A stretch of DNA of 63,612 bases, filler included, from Phoronis australis (lineage: Eukaryota > Animalia > Phoronida): NCBI GenBank assembly GCA_002633005.1. It is 8 parts of 8 records of this genome, joined end to end, with 100 filler letters (N's around TTAATTAATTAA, not from the genome) between each part and the next. Parts side by side here need not be neighbours in the genome. Positions count along the whole stretch, not along the records: positions 34,054 to 39,726 come from NMRA01002293.1; positions 39,827 to 42,535 come from NMRA01003477.1; positions 42,636 to 47,836 come from NMRA01002394.1; positions 47,937 to 56,350 come from NMRA01001898.1; 4 more parts are not named here. One strand, written 5' to 3'. Below, in pieces: positions 37,482 to 49,964 of this stretch. The first letter of the stretch is position 1. Each line of letters starts with the position of its first letter. Made by a program: the position numbers and the translations under genes. Under the pieces are notes generated by a model. The model had not been told where the DNA came from and searched no databases. It saw nothing but the letters and a program-made list of their open reading frames with translations.

Positions 37482-39614
37482 CTTTCAACTTAATAAGTGT
37501 ACTGATACAGAATCATGCCCTAAAACAAGATAAAAGCCTAGTACGGCAAACCCTAATTTCATAGAAAAACAATTGTCAAAAATGACATTTTTTTTTCAAG
37601 GGTGTTTTAAAATTGTGAATATCCAAAATTTTTCAAAATTTTGTCAAAGGGTGGTACAGAACTTGAATATGAAAAATAATACAATCTGATGTGATATAAT
37701 GTTTCATGGAAACTAAAAGATAATTAAAAATAGTAATTTCACTTGTCGGCCACATTGTGTCATAAACTGGTGAAATTTTATTGTTTTTGGAATGAGGGTG
37801 AAGAAATCTTGAACTGGTGAAAAGTTCCAGAGCACTGTACCAGACTATAAACACTCAAGCACAAGCTAGTGAGAGTCACAGAACTGGTAGTTTGAGTTGT
37901 GTTGACAGTACCTGAGTCATTCAGTTAGTTATTGAAAAGGTCAATGAGGGAGACAATTCCTGAAAGTGACTCAAGGATTTGTCACAAGTCAAGACTTTAC
38001 AGCACTGGTTGGAGCATTAGAACAGACGCAGACACCACATAAGACGTTTTTTTAGTGGATTTGTGTACATTCGGACGAGATTAAGTGGTTTAAGGTTACG
38101 TACTATTAGGACCTTATCGATAAATCTGTGTATTTAGGCACAACTGTGGATTTTAACACAGTAAAAATATTCAGAAAGTAGAAATCTCGGAGAATTTGAT
38201 TTTTGACTTTTTACCAGTTTGCCATTGATTGGGTCATTTTTGAGAACACTATATGAAGCATAGTATTTGAAAGTTTCATAGGAATGATATGATGTTCTGA
38301 AGTTCGCAAATTTGGACGTTTTTCCAGGGTCCGTAATAAGCTTAACTCAAACCAGCCACCAGTTTGCCGTCACACTGAAAACTATTACAACCAGTCAGTG
38401 ATGACCTCCACACACCTGTCCACAGGGAAAATGTGACAGTTGCAATGGGCAAACTTGCCATGGACACTAACATGCCAAATGCAACTGCAGGTGTCATTAT
38501 CAGAGTCAGGTAAAATAAAACTAACAAAATCCCAGTACCTGCAATACAAAAAACTACAGGCTTCTTCATCCAGACCAAACCATTCTAAGTAACTGGTGGT
38601 CAACAGCAAACACGTTTATAGTCAACGATAAAATGTTTTTCATAATTTGAAACCAGACGTGACAAACTTCTACTGTTTCACTCCCTATATTGAAACATGA
38701 CTTCTACTGTTCCACTCTCTACTTTGCAAATTTGAAAAGCTTCAACAAAATCACTATCTGTCAAAACTTGATGTACGAGTCAGGACACCTATGATTTATA
38801 AAACTGGCCTAACTCATTTCTCACTTAGATTAGAAGCGTCACAACAATAGCCAGTGGACTAAATCGAAACTAAGTGTTTTCTTCATAGAAGTAAGACGTG
38901 TAGCAACTTTAAATACCAATGTAGAATGCGACCCAGCCAAATCACAGAGTTGAAACAGTTATGTATAAAGGTTATGTAGGACCCTAAAAATGTCCAAATA
39001 TGTCTAACTTGGTAACATCATACCTCAGAAGTGGCTGATTGGAATCGTATAAAACTTTTAGATGCTATGCTTTAAGCTTTGCTCTCCAAAACTTTATTAG
39101 GAATTGTTTTTAAAATGCTCCAATTACGCATAAGAGGCTATTTAAAATTAGACTTTTACGATTTTCATGTAAAACCTAAAGTTGTCTGGAACAAAAAGAA
39201 AGTGATATTTTAGAACAGCATTTTTGAAATCTCAGTTTGAGCATAAAATTTGACCATATTAGTGACAACATTGTTTTCTCATTAATGTACCTTTCTTTTT
39301 TGCTAAATTTTACTAAAAACATGGTTACCCGACCCAATTGTCTTTATTTCTGTTTCTGTTGACGAAGGATGTTATTATATCCGAAAATTTCAGTGATCCA
39401 TTTTTGTTGTTTTATTTACGTATATTTATTCTACCACTTAATAAGACATGCAAAAACTCAAAACTCATATCCTTCACACTTTCTACTTTCACAAAACACA
39501 CACTTTTACCGAGTTAAAATCTACAGTTGGCTGAACACACAGACTTGTCAATAGGTTCCTACACAAGATAAGCACTCAATAACACACTTATTAACAGCAC
39601 CACATCATACTCAC

Positions 39615-39726
39615 AAATATTTCTTATTCTCATAAACACACAGACTTGTCAATAGGATACTACACAAGATAAGCACTCAATAACACACTTATTAACAGCA
39701 CCACATCATACTCACAAATATTTCTT
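39615..39726 (-). CDS. BRSK: BRSK/SAD kinase, 3' end of the preceding exon (present twice, cut by the gap)
   Basis: VYENKKY-TT|gtgagt at 39637-39615 and KKY-TT|gtgagt at 39726-39716; phase 2 joins the 141-bp exon to give ...KKYLYLILEH. Confidence 0.75.
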
Positions 39727-39826
39727 NNNNNNNNNNNNNNNNNNNNNNNNNNNNNNNNNNNNNNNNNNNNTTAATTAATTAANNNNNNNNNNNNNNNNNN
39801 NNNNNNNNNNNNNNNNNNNNNNNNNN
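39727..39826. other. Artificial contig spacer
   Basis: N44-TTAATTAATTAA-N44. Confidence 0.98.
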
Positions 39827-39935
39827 TATATAAGCACTACGCCAGCTAAATTAGTAAGCTGTTGCAATATGAGAGCCCAATGACAAGCGTACAGACTGAA
39901 TAGGTCCACGATTACTGTAGTGACGATCAGTTTAC

Positions 39936-40136
39936 CTGGTGTCGGTAGTTATACCAGCCATTTGAACCTGCCACCAGTAATGCCCAGTGTTGGACCTGCT
40001 GGTCACCGTTCGATTCCTGCGGCTGAGGCTGAAACAGCAACTTTTCTTCCATCACATATTTCTTGATTAAGCGTTCGAAAGATCTGCATTTGACAACTGC
40101 TGGAACCAGCACACAAAGTAGCCAAATTTTCCACAT
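39936..40136 (-). CDS. LGMN: Legumain (asparaginyl endopeptidase, peptidase C13), first coding exon
   Basis: ATG at 40136 (AAAGATG), signal-peptide-like MWKIWLLCVLVPAVVKC, ending HWALLVAGSNGWYNYRHQ|gtaaac, the legumain N-terminal signature; 67 codons. Confidence 0.93.
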
Positions 40137-40246
40137 CTTTGCGAGAGGCAAGAGTTTCACAGCTGTTTTCAATAGAGTCAGATAACCAAAACTTGTCACC
40201 ACTCGTTCTAATCGTCTTCCGCCTCAGACTCGCGTAAACAACAAAA

Positions 40247-40266
40247 TCACGTGTCAGGTCATGTGA
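40247..40266 (-). promoter_or_regulatory. Tandem E-boxes (CLEAR / M-box-like) upstream of legumain
   Basis: TCACGTG (40247-40253) and GTCATGTGA (40258-40266), about 110-130 bp upstream of the ATG of a lysosomal protease. Confidence 0.55.
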
Positions 40267-40680
40267 TATATCGCGGGAGATTGCAAGAGTGCCAGGCACT
40301 GAGTGCCTGAGGTGAGCAAGGAGTGTGCAATTAATGTTTAGAGTTGAGTAGGTGCTTAGCGCGACTGGTGTAGGTTAAAGATAGACAAGTTCTACCTTTC
40401 AAAGTACCACTGACGATTGTCAGATGTCAGGACCAATCCAGGTTAGTTCACCGCCATTTGTCGATCGGTCAATTTTTGCCCTTCGACCCGCCAGCTTAGT
40501 ATGCCAGTGTTAAATGGGCTACTGTATCATATAGGTCACAATACCACTCACTAAACGTGTGAACCTGAGGTTTGGTGAACAGGCGAGATACAGTAGCGAA
40601 TAGCACTGTAGCTCGTGCTGGCGGTTTATGCGTCAGTGACGTAGCCATGGCGACAGCAATGGGGCAAACCATAGGCAAAG

Positions 40681-40845
40681 CAGCGGCGTATTTAGGGGCC
40701 GGGGCAAGGGGCTATGCCCCCTAAATTTCTCCCAAATTCCATTTGGCAGTTCGGGGTGCGAGTGTCTGACGGGCAAAATGCTCAGTGGATAATACTCAGC
40801 CCTGCCCCACCCCGGCCCTAACTCAAAATCCTGGATCCGCCCCTG
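40681..40845. mobile_element. GC-rich hAT-like MITE
   Basis: Ends CAGCGGCGTATTTAGG / CCTGGATCCGCCCCTG (imperfect TIR); no clean 8-bp target duplication. Confidence 0.5.
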
Positions 40846-41361
40846 CATATAGGCACTTAATTACCCCGCCTTGTGTACTGTGGTTCGAACTGGAGGCTGG
40901 CACTCAACGAGGTTAGACGTGACAGATAAGTCTAAGGTGCCTAACAATCTCTGCGTGTGTGCGTGCGCGCGCGCGCGTGCGTGTGTGCGTGCTTGCGTGC
41001 CTAGTTGGTTTAGACAGTCAGCAGACATTTAAAAAGTCCGACATTTGACATTGAGTGATGATGACCGTGGAGAGGGCCGGGTATGCACAATGGTTCCAAG
41101 CGGGGGGGGGGGCACGTGCCTTCCATTACTGTGCAGATCGTTTAAATATTCTTGAAAACGTGCTCTTTGCTTACTCATACTTCGAAAACTTTTTGCTGAT
41201 ATGCACAGATTTCAATAGCTGCGTTTCTCCAGGTACCCCTTGCAGAATCCGAGTACCGCTGCAACCCGTGTGGCGTTTTTATTTTCTTACGTTTACCTTT
41301 TTCGAAGTTCAGTCCTTGACAGGTTTTCATGGGTTGCACACGATGGGGGCATATCTATGAT

Positions 41362-41903
41362 GGGCCGTTGGAGGGAAAGCGTGGTCGTAAAATTACAGTC
41401 GCAATTACGAGCGTTAATTAAAAGGACAACGTCGCCTTAAAATTACGCTCGTAAATTAAATGTGTAAAATGCCGCCGTAAAATTACTCTCGTAAATTGAA
41501 TGGTGAATAACCGTCGCCGTAAGTTACGCTCGTACAATACTTGAATAACATTTTTAAAACTTAAAAGTTTAAACCAATCAGGGTTAATCTAAGGCGAAAA
41601 GACAATGTGGTAACGTATGACGGACGCTTGTTGCTGAGTAGAAGTTTCACTAAGTTCATCCACAATCGCTGACATTGCAGCAATGATTTGATACTCCTTG
41701 ATTCAAATCCATGCGATTCAGATAAGAACGCGCACGCGTGAGTCGTAAGGCAGTACGTCATTGGCCAAGAGTTACGAATTAAGTTACGGGCGAGCGTAAT
41801 TTTACGCCGTAAGGAAATAAATTACGAGCGCAATTTTACGCCGTCGTAATTAACGGCATGATTTCGAGCGTATGGATGTACGACGACTCTCCCATAACGG
41901 CCC
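41362..41903. mobile_element. PIF/Harbinger-like MITE
   Basis: Ends GGGCCGTTGGAGGGA...GTCGTA / TACGACGACTCTCCCATAACGGCCC; inverted subterminal arrays of CGTAAAATTACGCTCGTAA; superfamily assignment tentative. Confidence 0.6.
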
Positions 41904-42535
41904 ATAAGTGCCAGTAGTCGCTGTATGTGAACTCAGGGGTAAATTTGAGTGGGGTACTTATAAGGCTGGCCATGGGACTGAACTCAGGTTGGTGCTCTGA
42001 CTGAAAAGGAGAATAGATTGTTATTGTAGACCCACGCGCATACGTTAAGCCAATGTGGCGGAAGTCCTTTGCAAGCGTACTACAACAAACGATTCTCTGT
42101 AATGTGTTTTTGACAAGTCACTGAAACTCTTGCCACATAGAGACGTGTTACCAAATGAACTCTGGGCAAGCAAGCAAATTGTCCATGCTGAGGTAATATC
42201 TATGATAACCTTTTATTGAGTTCATTCGTAGCTTACGTCCACATGCCGCCTGCGGGTGTAGTAGCTGGTTTGCATCGTACTCTCATATTCGGCGACAAGA
42301 TTCATAGGCGGCTTGGAACATTTTAATGTTTTTCGTATTAAAATACGAAAAACTACTGCTACGTAATAGGCTGCATTTGAATTTTTTTCCAGTGATGTCC
42401 AGTGGTGGTCTCAGTCACTGTTAGGTGTCTGGGTGGACATGTCCCTAAGTCACGTTGTCATTCATATAGTTTCACGTTAATTTTTAATTGGCAGTAACCA
42501 GTACTAAGGAAAGCAAAACAAATAATATTTGTAAA

Positions 42536-42635
42536 NNNNNNNNNNNNNNNNNNNNNNNNNNNNNNNNNNNNNNNNNNNNTTAATTAATTAANNNNNNNNN
42601 NNNNNNNNNNNNNNNNNNNNNNNNNNNNNNNNNNN
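42536..42635. other. Artificial contig spacer
   Basis: N44-TTAATTAATTAA-N44. Confidence 0.98.
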
Positions 42636-44192
42636 CACATTAATTTGCATATCGACAATAATGCGTTACGAGGTCTCTGTGGATTTCGCTGCAACCTGTT
42701 TATAGTTAGCAAAAAACGTATTGCACATGTGGTTTAATTGCCGCTGAGTCCAATTTTGGAAATATGATCACGGCACTGTTCATAATTTGGGTTAAACTGT
42801 CAAGATTATATCTCATGGGTAGGTGTTATTTCAATCAACTAATATCTTAGCCATTTACGGTTTTATTTAGTCATTACATAGACCGATTTGCTTCAATTTT
42901 CTTGAACGGTTAAAGTGAAAATGTAAGAACTATTGTAAGAGACGAATCGCCATTTTAAGTGTCTTGTTTGTTTCTTACTGTAAAGAATTTATGTTCACAA
43001 GAATTACGTTACAGGATACAGACAAAGAAATAAGAATAACGAAACAAAATAAATCATCCACGTAGAAGTTTGCATTTGCTCTTAATTGCCTTACTGGAAT
43101 AGATGGGTGAAGTATTTGTCATCCAGGGCAGCTGTTGCTTGCTGGAGATTTCAGTGTCCTGTACGTTGTCTTATTTCAGTGGTTGGTTTTATTCTGCTTG
43201 GGATGACCGGCATCCCACGATCCATTGTATTGATACAGGAGTCCCGGGTACTAAGAGATTCTCGCAGAGAGAAAATCTTGCCCAAATCGCGATATCTCAC
43301 GGAATCTTGCGAGACGTTGGTTTCCTAGGGAGGTAGCGCTAGGAAGGACAGAACAGTCCTAACTGGTGTTTGCCTTTCTTCACTCTGTCAAAGAGTATAT
43401 GCCAGGAATAAAGGGTTTTGAGTCATTTCACATCACAAGCCCTATACATGTAGATGAGCACAGAAACTCTATTCTCTCATGTATTTTTATCCCTTTCACT
43501 CCTACTGAAAAGCAAAGTACACTAAGAAAAAAGGGGCAAGAAACACAAACTCGACATTTTCAACCCAAACCCCAAACATTAGATTCTGAAAGGAAACGTC
43601 CTACCAATTCCAAAACTGTGGTAAAAAAGTACCCTCAACCGACTATTTTTGTAAATTTGGCTTGTTTGAGGGCTACCTGAAATCGCAGCCACTTTCTCAG
43701 TAGCTATCCAGCAATTCACAGGGGCCGCCATCTCAGTTGAAAAAGAATGCAGCTACAGCCGAGCAAGTGATCTTTTTTCATTTCCAAATTGTTCACAGCC
43801 CACATTCACTGAGCCTACACGCATTGCTTACCTATAAATGCCCCCAAGCCTAGCCCACCCCTAGATTTTAAGATTTTGGTACTGCAAATTGGCCGCGGCC
43901 GCAGCCCAACTGTTCAGTAGGGCTACCACCTTATTGAACTCTACCTAGAAGTTCGTCCATCATTTTGAATATCTAATTAGATTGAGTAATGCCAATACAC
44001 ATACGTTTTCCATGAAAGTTAAGTGATGAGAGAGAAATATTTGCTGAAACCAATACTGTTTTTGAAGAAATTGACCAGACTGTCAAAAAGTAGCATTTAT
44101 TATGGCATTCCCATAATATTGAGGATTGTCACAAACTTTAGCGTGCTTATTTTGACAACAACGTGCACTGATTTTAAGGGTGAGAATTTTGA

Positions 44193-44265
44193 GGGGACTA
44201 TGTGGCGCTGTGGTTTGAGCTCCGGACTCCCCATAGGAGACCCAAGTTCGAATCTTGGCTTTTTT
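44193..44265 (+). pseudogene. tRNA-derived sequence (SINE head or tRNA pseudogene)
   Basis: A-box-like TGGCGCTGTGG (44203), perfect T-arm CCAAG-TTCGAAT-CTTGG (44242-44258), then T6. The acceptor stem does not pair. Confidence 0.55.
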
Positions 44266-47200
44266 GAGAGACAATCGAGCTATGCTCAAAGGTGCCTCCT
44301 GCTCCTCTGAGCTCGGTCTTACTACAGTGAATATACATGTATGCAAGGGAAAGAATGAGAACCTGTGCTCAAACTTTAAAATATTTAGGGCACATTCAAT
44401 TTGTTGATGATACTCAGTAGTATTCAGGAAATTGCAGGGGCCCCGATTTCACAAAGTCCATGTCGGGGTTAGTATTCATAGGCCTACTGCTAGTAAGCCC
44501 TAAGTACAAAGAAAAAACGAGCCTATAAATAATTTCAGTTAATACTGTGGGAAATTGTTGCTATCCTCGGTCACGCCACCACCGATTGACCAGCGAAGCC
44601 GTGATACCTGGGATAAAAGCAAAGCCTGAGTCTTTCTATGTACAAACAATCCTAGAGTGTTCACGCACCAACCGCAGCAATTTATTCTGAAGCGTTGTTT
44701 CCGCCAATTACTCGCTGTTTTAAACTAAATCTGTATTTCATTGTCGGACCCTTTACAGAGCAGAGTAAAATTGTCTTATTTACTCTATGCCTAGTTCTGC
44801 TGATACGCATGCACTACACATGGCAAACTCAAAACCGCGGACTCGTATGGAGGCTGTGAAAACATTAACAATGAAATGCCAGTAGATCCGTCTCAAGATA
44901 ACTTTACTGTTACGGAATACATAGAGAGTCCCGGGAAACTGGGAAAAACCTTTTTAGCGGAAATGTTGAGTTATAGATGGACATTTTGCGAGAGCGTAAC
45001 TTGAATTATATAAAGCGAGTAATTATAGCTCGTTTGAATCAAACATTTATCGGAGACTGGTACGTTTCCACGCGAAGGCGTTCTTTCATTTCTTCATTGT
45101 GTGAATTATTGAGAAGAATTGCCTCGGTAGTCTCAAAGGGAAGAATTTGTTTCAATAATCTATGATCGGTATTTATCACACGCGTCTCGTTATACCACCG
45201 TTGGTGTCGGCTCTTACATGGGGTTGTCGCTTTTTAAACGCACTCTGCAAACAGAATGGGAGGAGAAGAAGCAGACCTGCACTAACCGCTTCACAGTGGT
45301 CACATGCGTAAGGCAACCTTTTCATAGATGTGCCACCCAGTGAACAGGTGGTGTATCACAGATCCCAGACGGGGGGGGGGGGACGTAAGATGGAAGTCCC
45401 GTTTTAGTTCCCCGTGGATGGGTGGGCGGAGGTTACCGACCGGTGCTAATAGCTTTCGGTACGACCATAAGACTGAAAACTGAAGACTGTTTCGACAGTA
45501 CGTTCACAAGTCTACTCAAACAAAACGTCCTACGTAACGGGTATAAAAAAATCGACGGCGCGCCTTAGCGTTAATAAAATCAAAATACGGACAATTGTAT
45601 CGAAATTGCTGACGAAATGTGGCGAATAAATTTTGACAGAAATTATTTTGCCGGACTCGGGCCCGCAGTCGATCGGACTGAACAACGAACGTGCAACATC
45701 AAATTATTGAATAAAATCGCTATACAGTTAGAATATTCTGACATTTAACTTGCGAAAATATAGAAAATAAATTTTGACGAGACTTATCTACGGCCGTACT
45801 GTTGACTGCCAAGAGAATGGGCTACCATTTGGTGACGAAATAACTTCAAGTAGAACACTTGCCATTGTGCCAAATGGTTTAATTTAAATATTAATGAGTT
45901 TATTAAGTAAAACGAATAATTCCCATTTAGTTAGAAATATTCGTATACTCTGCTAGCCGGCAGAGCCGGACCGCCTGGCCTGCCGTGCGCGGTATCTGTG
46001 CTCCGCGGGGCAAGATGAAAACATTAATTAGCTACCCCGCCCTTAATGAGTGAAATTCCTGTGACAAACAGATTAAAAAATACTGCGTCATGCTCCTAAC
46101 ATTCCAATATTTTCCCATCGCCGACATTCAGCTCATTAACTAAAATTTACTACACACCCCCGCCCCGGTTTGCGGCGCGTAATTTTTATATTTAGGCAAC
46201 ATAGGTATATATTGTAAGTACTGCGTGGTTCCTTAGAATTTCTTCAAATCATATTTAATAAAACCTTTGCTTCTAGGACTTTAATGAACATCGAAGTAAA
46301 CGGTTGGTGACGCTGTCGTAGTCATCGAAGTTATCGCATGCTAAGAGTTTTTCAATGTGACAATTTGGAAACATTTACATGTGCTAAATGACATTAAACT
46401 TATTTTTAAATCGATTGCTTGTTATTAGATCAAAATATAAGCACCTATTAGTGACGACACTACCCTGTAACTGACGATAACAGTGGCACCTGGCGATAAC
46501 TTCGATTGGACCGAAGTTAACCGTTCATACTGCACCGCCGTCGACGCTGCGTTATTAAATCCACCTGTTAACTGCGGTGTTAAGTGAAGCTGTTAATTGC
46601 GATCCACTACCGGAATTAAGTGTTCATACTGACCGCAACTCCCCAAATCATCGACGCGTTGACGTTAGTATAAAAGGCCCTTATATGTCTTGAAACGTAA
46701 GCAGCGTCGCAAGCTGGTCGCATAGAGATCACTAGATTGGTTCATCCTTTGTTCACTTGTTATAATAAAGATAATGAAAAGCATTTATCGGTAATTGCCT
46801 GATGTACACCCAAGCTACGATATCCATGCGACCCAACAAATTAAAACAATGGTAGTGTCCCACAGCTGATAAACATACGACGCACTTGCGCCCGTCGCAT
46901 GGATGTCGCAAGTTAAACAATCTGGCGGTATTTGCCATGGGACAGTCTATGCAATCAGTATACCCGTGGGGAGTCCGGCTACAAAGCAAGGGCGCTTTCA
47001 CTCACACCAATCTCTTCTTTGAACAAATGTGCACTTTTTTTCAACACCTGCAAGAAAATTTCGCTTTTGCCATAAACATAAACCTCATTTCGTTTATTGC
47101 TAACAACTGTTCGTACTGACAAGAAAAATGTTCAACTGGAATTAGATGTGGTTCGTGAACAAAGAAGTTTGTTCGCTTAAATTCATTGAAGTGTGTCAGA

Positions 47201-47836
47201 GATGAAGTTCAGTACGAGAAAAAAATGTTCACGAGAAACAACGCTGTTGACGAAAACACCGGTGGATTCCGTGAGGAAGGCCCTACAACATTACCCAGTG
47301 AAGCAAAGGCGAATTCGAGAACTTTGTCGAGTCCTTAGTGAACATAAAGTTGACGTGTTTTGCTTGAAATGCGTGACGAACGAACCCCAGATTTTATCAA
47401 TTCCTTTAAATCACGCTACCAATTCCATGGAATTGTGCGGTTATCTTTTAATTAACTCGCACGTCATTTTTATTAACGTAGTTTATGAAACGAAAAAACA
47501 AATGGTGCTAATATGTAACCACAGAAGACCGCCGGACAGCAATTTCAATTAAGTACTAAACCAAAAATCGATAGCTCCCAAGATGCTAACGTTTTTCAAA
47601 CTGATAACACTTGATGAGAATTTCTACATGAAGACCTTAATACACAAGTCTCAAGAGCTTCCTTGAACTCTGGTTCGAGAAAACGTACAGTTAGCGAACG
47701 CCTAAAACAGTGATTAACCTACATGTAGGTCGTTTGCCTGCATGTATTTCAAACACCAATCAATTTAAAGAACATCCGTACAGTTCATTTGTAGAATTTC
47801 TTTGCCTTCCAAGATCCTACGAGTGCCGGCCATGCC

Positions 47837-47936
47837 NNNNNNNNNNNNNNNNNNNNNNNNNNNNNNNNNNNNNNNNNNNNTTAATTAATTAANNNNNNNN
47901 NNNNNNNNNNNNNNNNNNNNNNNNNNNNNNNNNNNN
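47837..47936. other. Artificial contig spacer
   Basis: N44-TTAATTAATTAA-N44. Confidence 0.98.
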
Positions 47937-48008
47937 CCGCCCGGACGGACGGACGGACAGAGATGACGGCATAATGCGTCCACATATAAATATGTGGGCG
48001 CATAAAAA
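47937..48008 (-). mobile_element. 5' end of the same HINE-like family as 19029, cut by the gap
   Basis: Near-identical reverse complement of 19029-19100 (hairpin plus microsatellite). Confidence 0.85.
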
Positions 48009-48339
48009 TAAAAAGTTGAATACACACAGTTATTTGTTTGCGCTACTGTGCATTACTATTAAAATGAGTGGGTAAAAATAAGGTGCACAAAAAACTGCAC
48101 ACTAGCTTATGAAGAACGTTGACCGCCGTGCGGTTCCGGCACGTTGCAGTTTTTACGTGTGCGCCCTGTTTAGATTTTCAGATGTGGAGAACACTGGTTT
48201 TTATATACAGTAAACTTTTCTCAGAACGATAAAATGATAATGATCGTACTTTTGTTTCCCCAACAGGACAATATTGAGTTATTGGCCAACCCTTGCAAGG
48301 TGGCAGATGGTGCAAACTATGTAGTCTTTTCTCACTCAC

Positions 48340-48460
48340 CTGTATTAAATTTAGGCACGAGAACCACATGAAGTTTTTATGAGACAGAAGATTCTTCACA
48401 AACTCTTTCAGATGACGCTTGTCAATTCCATATTCTTCAATACTATCACCAACAGGGGTA
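48340..48460 (-). CDS. MFSD13A: MFSD13A/TMEM180, second visible coding exon
   Basis: tctgtttgcag|t-TPVGDSIEEYGIDKRHLKEFVKNLLSHKNFMWFSCLNLIQ|gtgagt matches the family LxxHxNFxWFxxxxLxQ segment; phase fits the upstream exon. Alternative in-frame acceptor at 48481. Confidence 0.8.
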
Positions 48461-48683
48461 CTGCAAACAGATGAATACAATCTGCAATGCTGTAACCATG
48501 ACAACTGTGCGAAGATATATTTTTCTGACTTCAGGGTTTGATCCTGGTAAGCAGTAAAACTAATGAAACAAGAACTGACAGAAATTTTGTGAATGAATGC
48601 AAATGTATTTTTTTTCTGCTTTTGGGCCAGGAGGAGAAACATCCAAATTATCTATCTAAGGAGTACTTCACTAGGTAGGCATC

Positions 48684-49702
48684 CAGGGCTTCATCCAGGA
48701 TTTCGAACATAGGGTGTCCAAAATGGGTTCCCAATATTCCAGGGCGTCCATGATTCCAACGACGCATTACCCCCCCCTCCCCACCACCATTCACCAGTAA
48801 CCCCCCCCCCAAACACACAGTGGTTTTTTTTTAAATTAAAAAATGCGTTGAACAATGCTTTTACACCTAAGTTTACAAAAACAGCTCCCTTGTATTGGGC
48901 TTTTTAAGTACTAAAAAACTGTTGATAAAGACTTTTATGTTTAAATTTACGAAAACAGCCAAAAAGCTTACCAAACAGGTATTACAGATATTACAGATGT
49001 TGGTTGAACGATGAGTCCACTGTTTTTGGTCATCTCAAGTCAAATTCTGTTATAAAGTTTATTATATCAACTTCACTAGCTTTATATTCTGTACAATGAG
49101 TCATCAAAGCTGCAGTTACCAACAAAAGAAAAATGCACAGATGATGTGTGGTTTATATTTTGGCAACAGGTGTCACTGCTGCTCCATTTTAGACGCACAT
49201 ACAAAAGCATGAAACAGGCGAAAACTCAAACATTTTAAATGGGGATATTCTCGCGGCACATCATATTATTAAAATAATGACATTTATTTCGCTTTTGGTG
49301 TTTTCAAAAAAAGATGAAGTAGATGAAACTACAGCTCTGAAACACCAGTTTGGAGTTGAGCAAGGTCTGTGTCCCTATATAAATTACAGAATTGCAGTAG
49401 CACATGAGTCTAGTGAATGCAGACACTCTGGCAACCAAACAGGTGCTAATGATTGACAGGTCTACCAAATACTTTGAAAATAGTTTGAACATTGCAACAT
49501 TTGAATTACATTGTATATCTTTCTGAGTTGAAAGGGCCAACTTCTCTCTTTGATTAACAGGGAGTCTTAGTAATCTTACAAACTGGAGAAATTCTGATTG
49601 ACAGGGCGTCCAAATGATACATTGGGCGTCCTTGCCAGAGTGTCTACATTAGTGCTAGGGCGTCCATTTGGACGCCCAGGACGTAAGCTGCATGAAGGCC
49701 TG
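48684..49702. mobile_element. hAT non-autonomous element (1019 bp) in an MFSD13A intron
   Basis: TIRs CAGGGCTTCATCCAG / CTGCATGAAGGCCTG; perfect 8-bp duplication TAGGCATC at 48676-48683 and 49703-49710; subterminal GGGCGTCC repeats. Confidence 0.9.
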
Positions 49703-49714
49703 TAGGCATCAGTG

Positions 49715-49964
49715 CTAATAATTATAGTCACATATTCTGTAGGACCGTCCCAAATTACATGGCGATAGAACTCTCCTATGTCCGAGAATTAAGACAGCGC
49801 ATGACCTCATTTCGGAAATCGGGCAGATTATCGTGTCTCGCATTAATGTCGGGAAGACGAAGAATTTCGCATTTTGCATCCACAGACATATATTTGTCCA
49901 GTTTATCAAACTTTCTCTCTACGGAGTTGCATCCCACAGCACAGCAGTAATACTTCATTGGCAT
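49715..49964 (-). pseudogene. Decayed THAP-like ORF (transposon-derived)
   Basis: MPMKYYCCAVGCNSVERKFDKLDKY..., with SYRICDYNY downstream in another frame; similar to the remnant at 16457. Confidence 0.5.

Noticed and set aside
39727-40136. Legumain-BRSK fusion or nested gene
   Set aside because: The adjacency crosses an artificial spacer.
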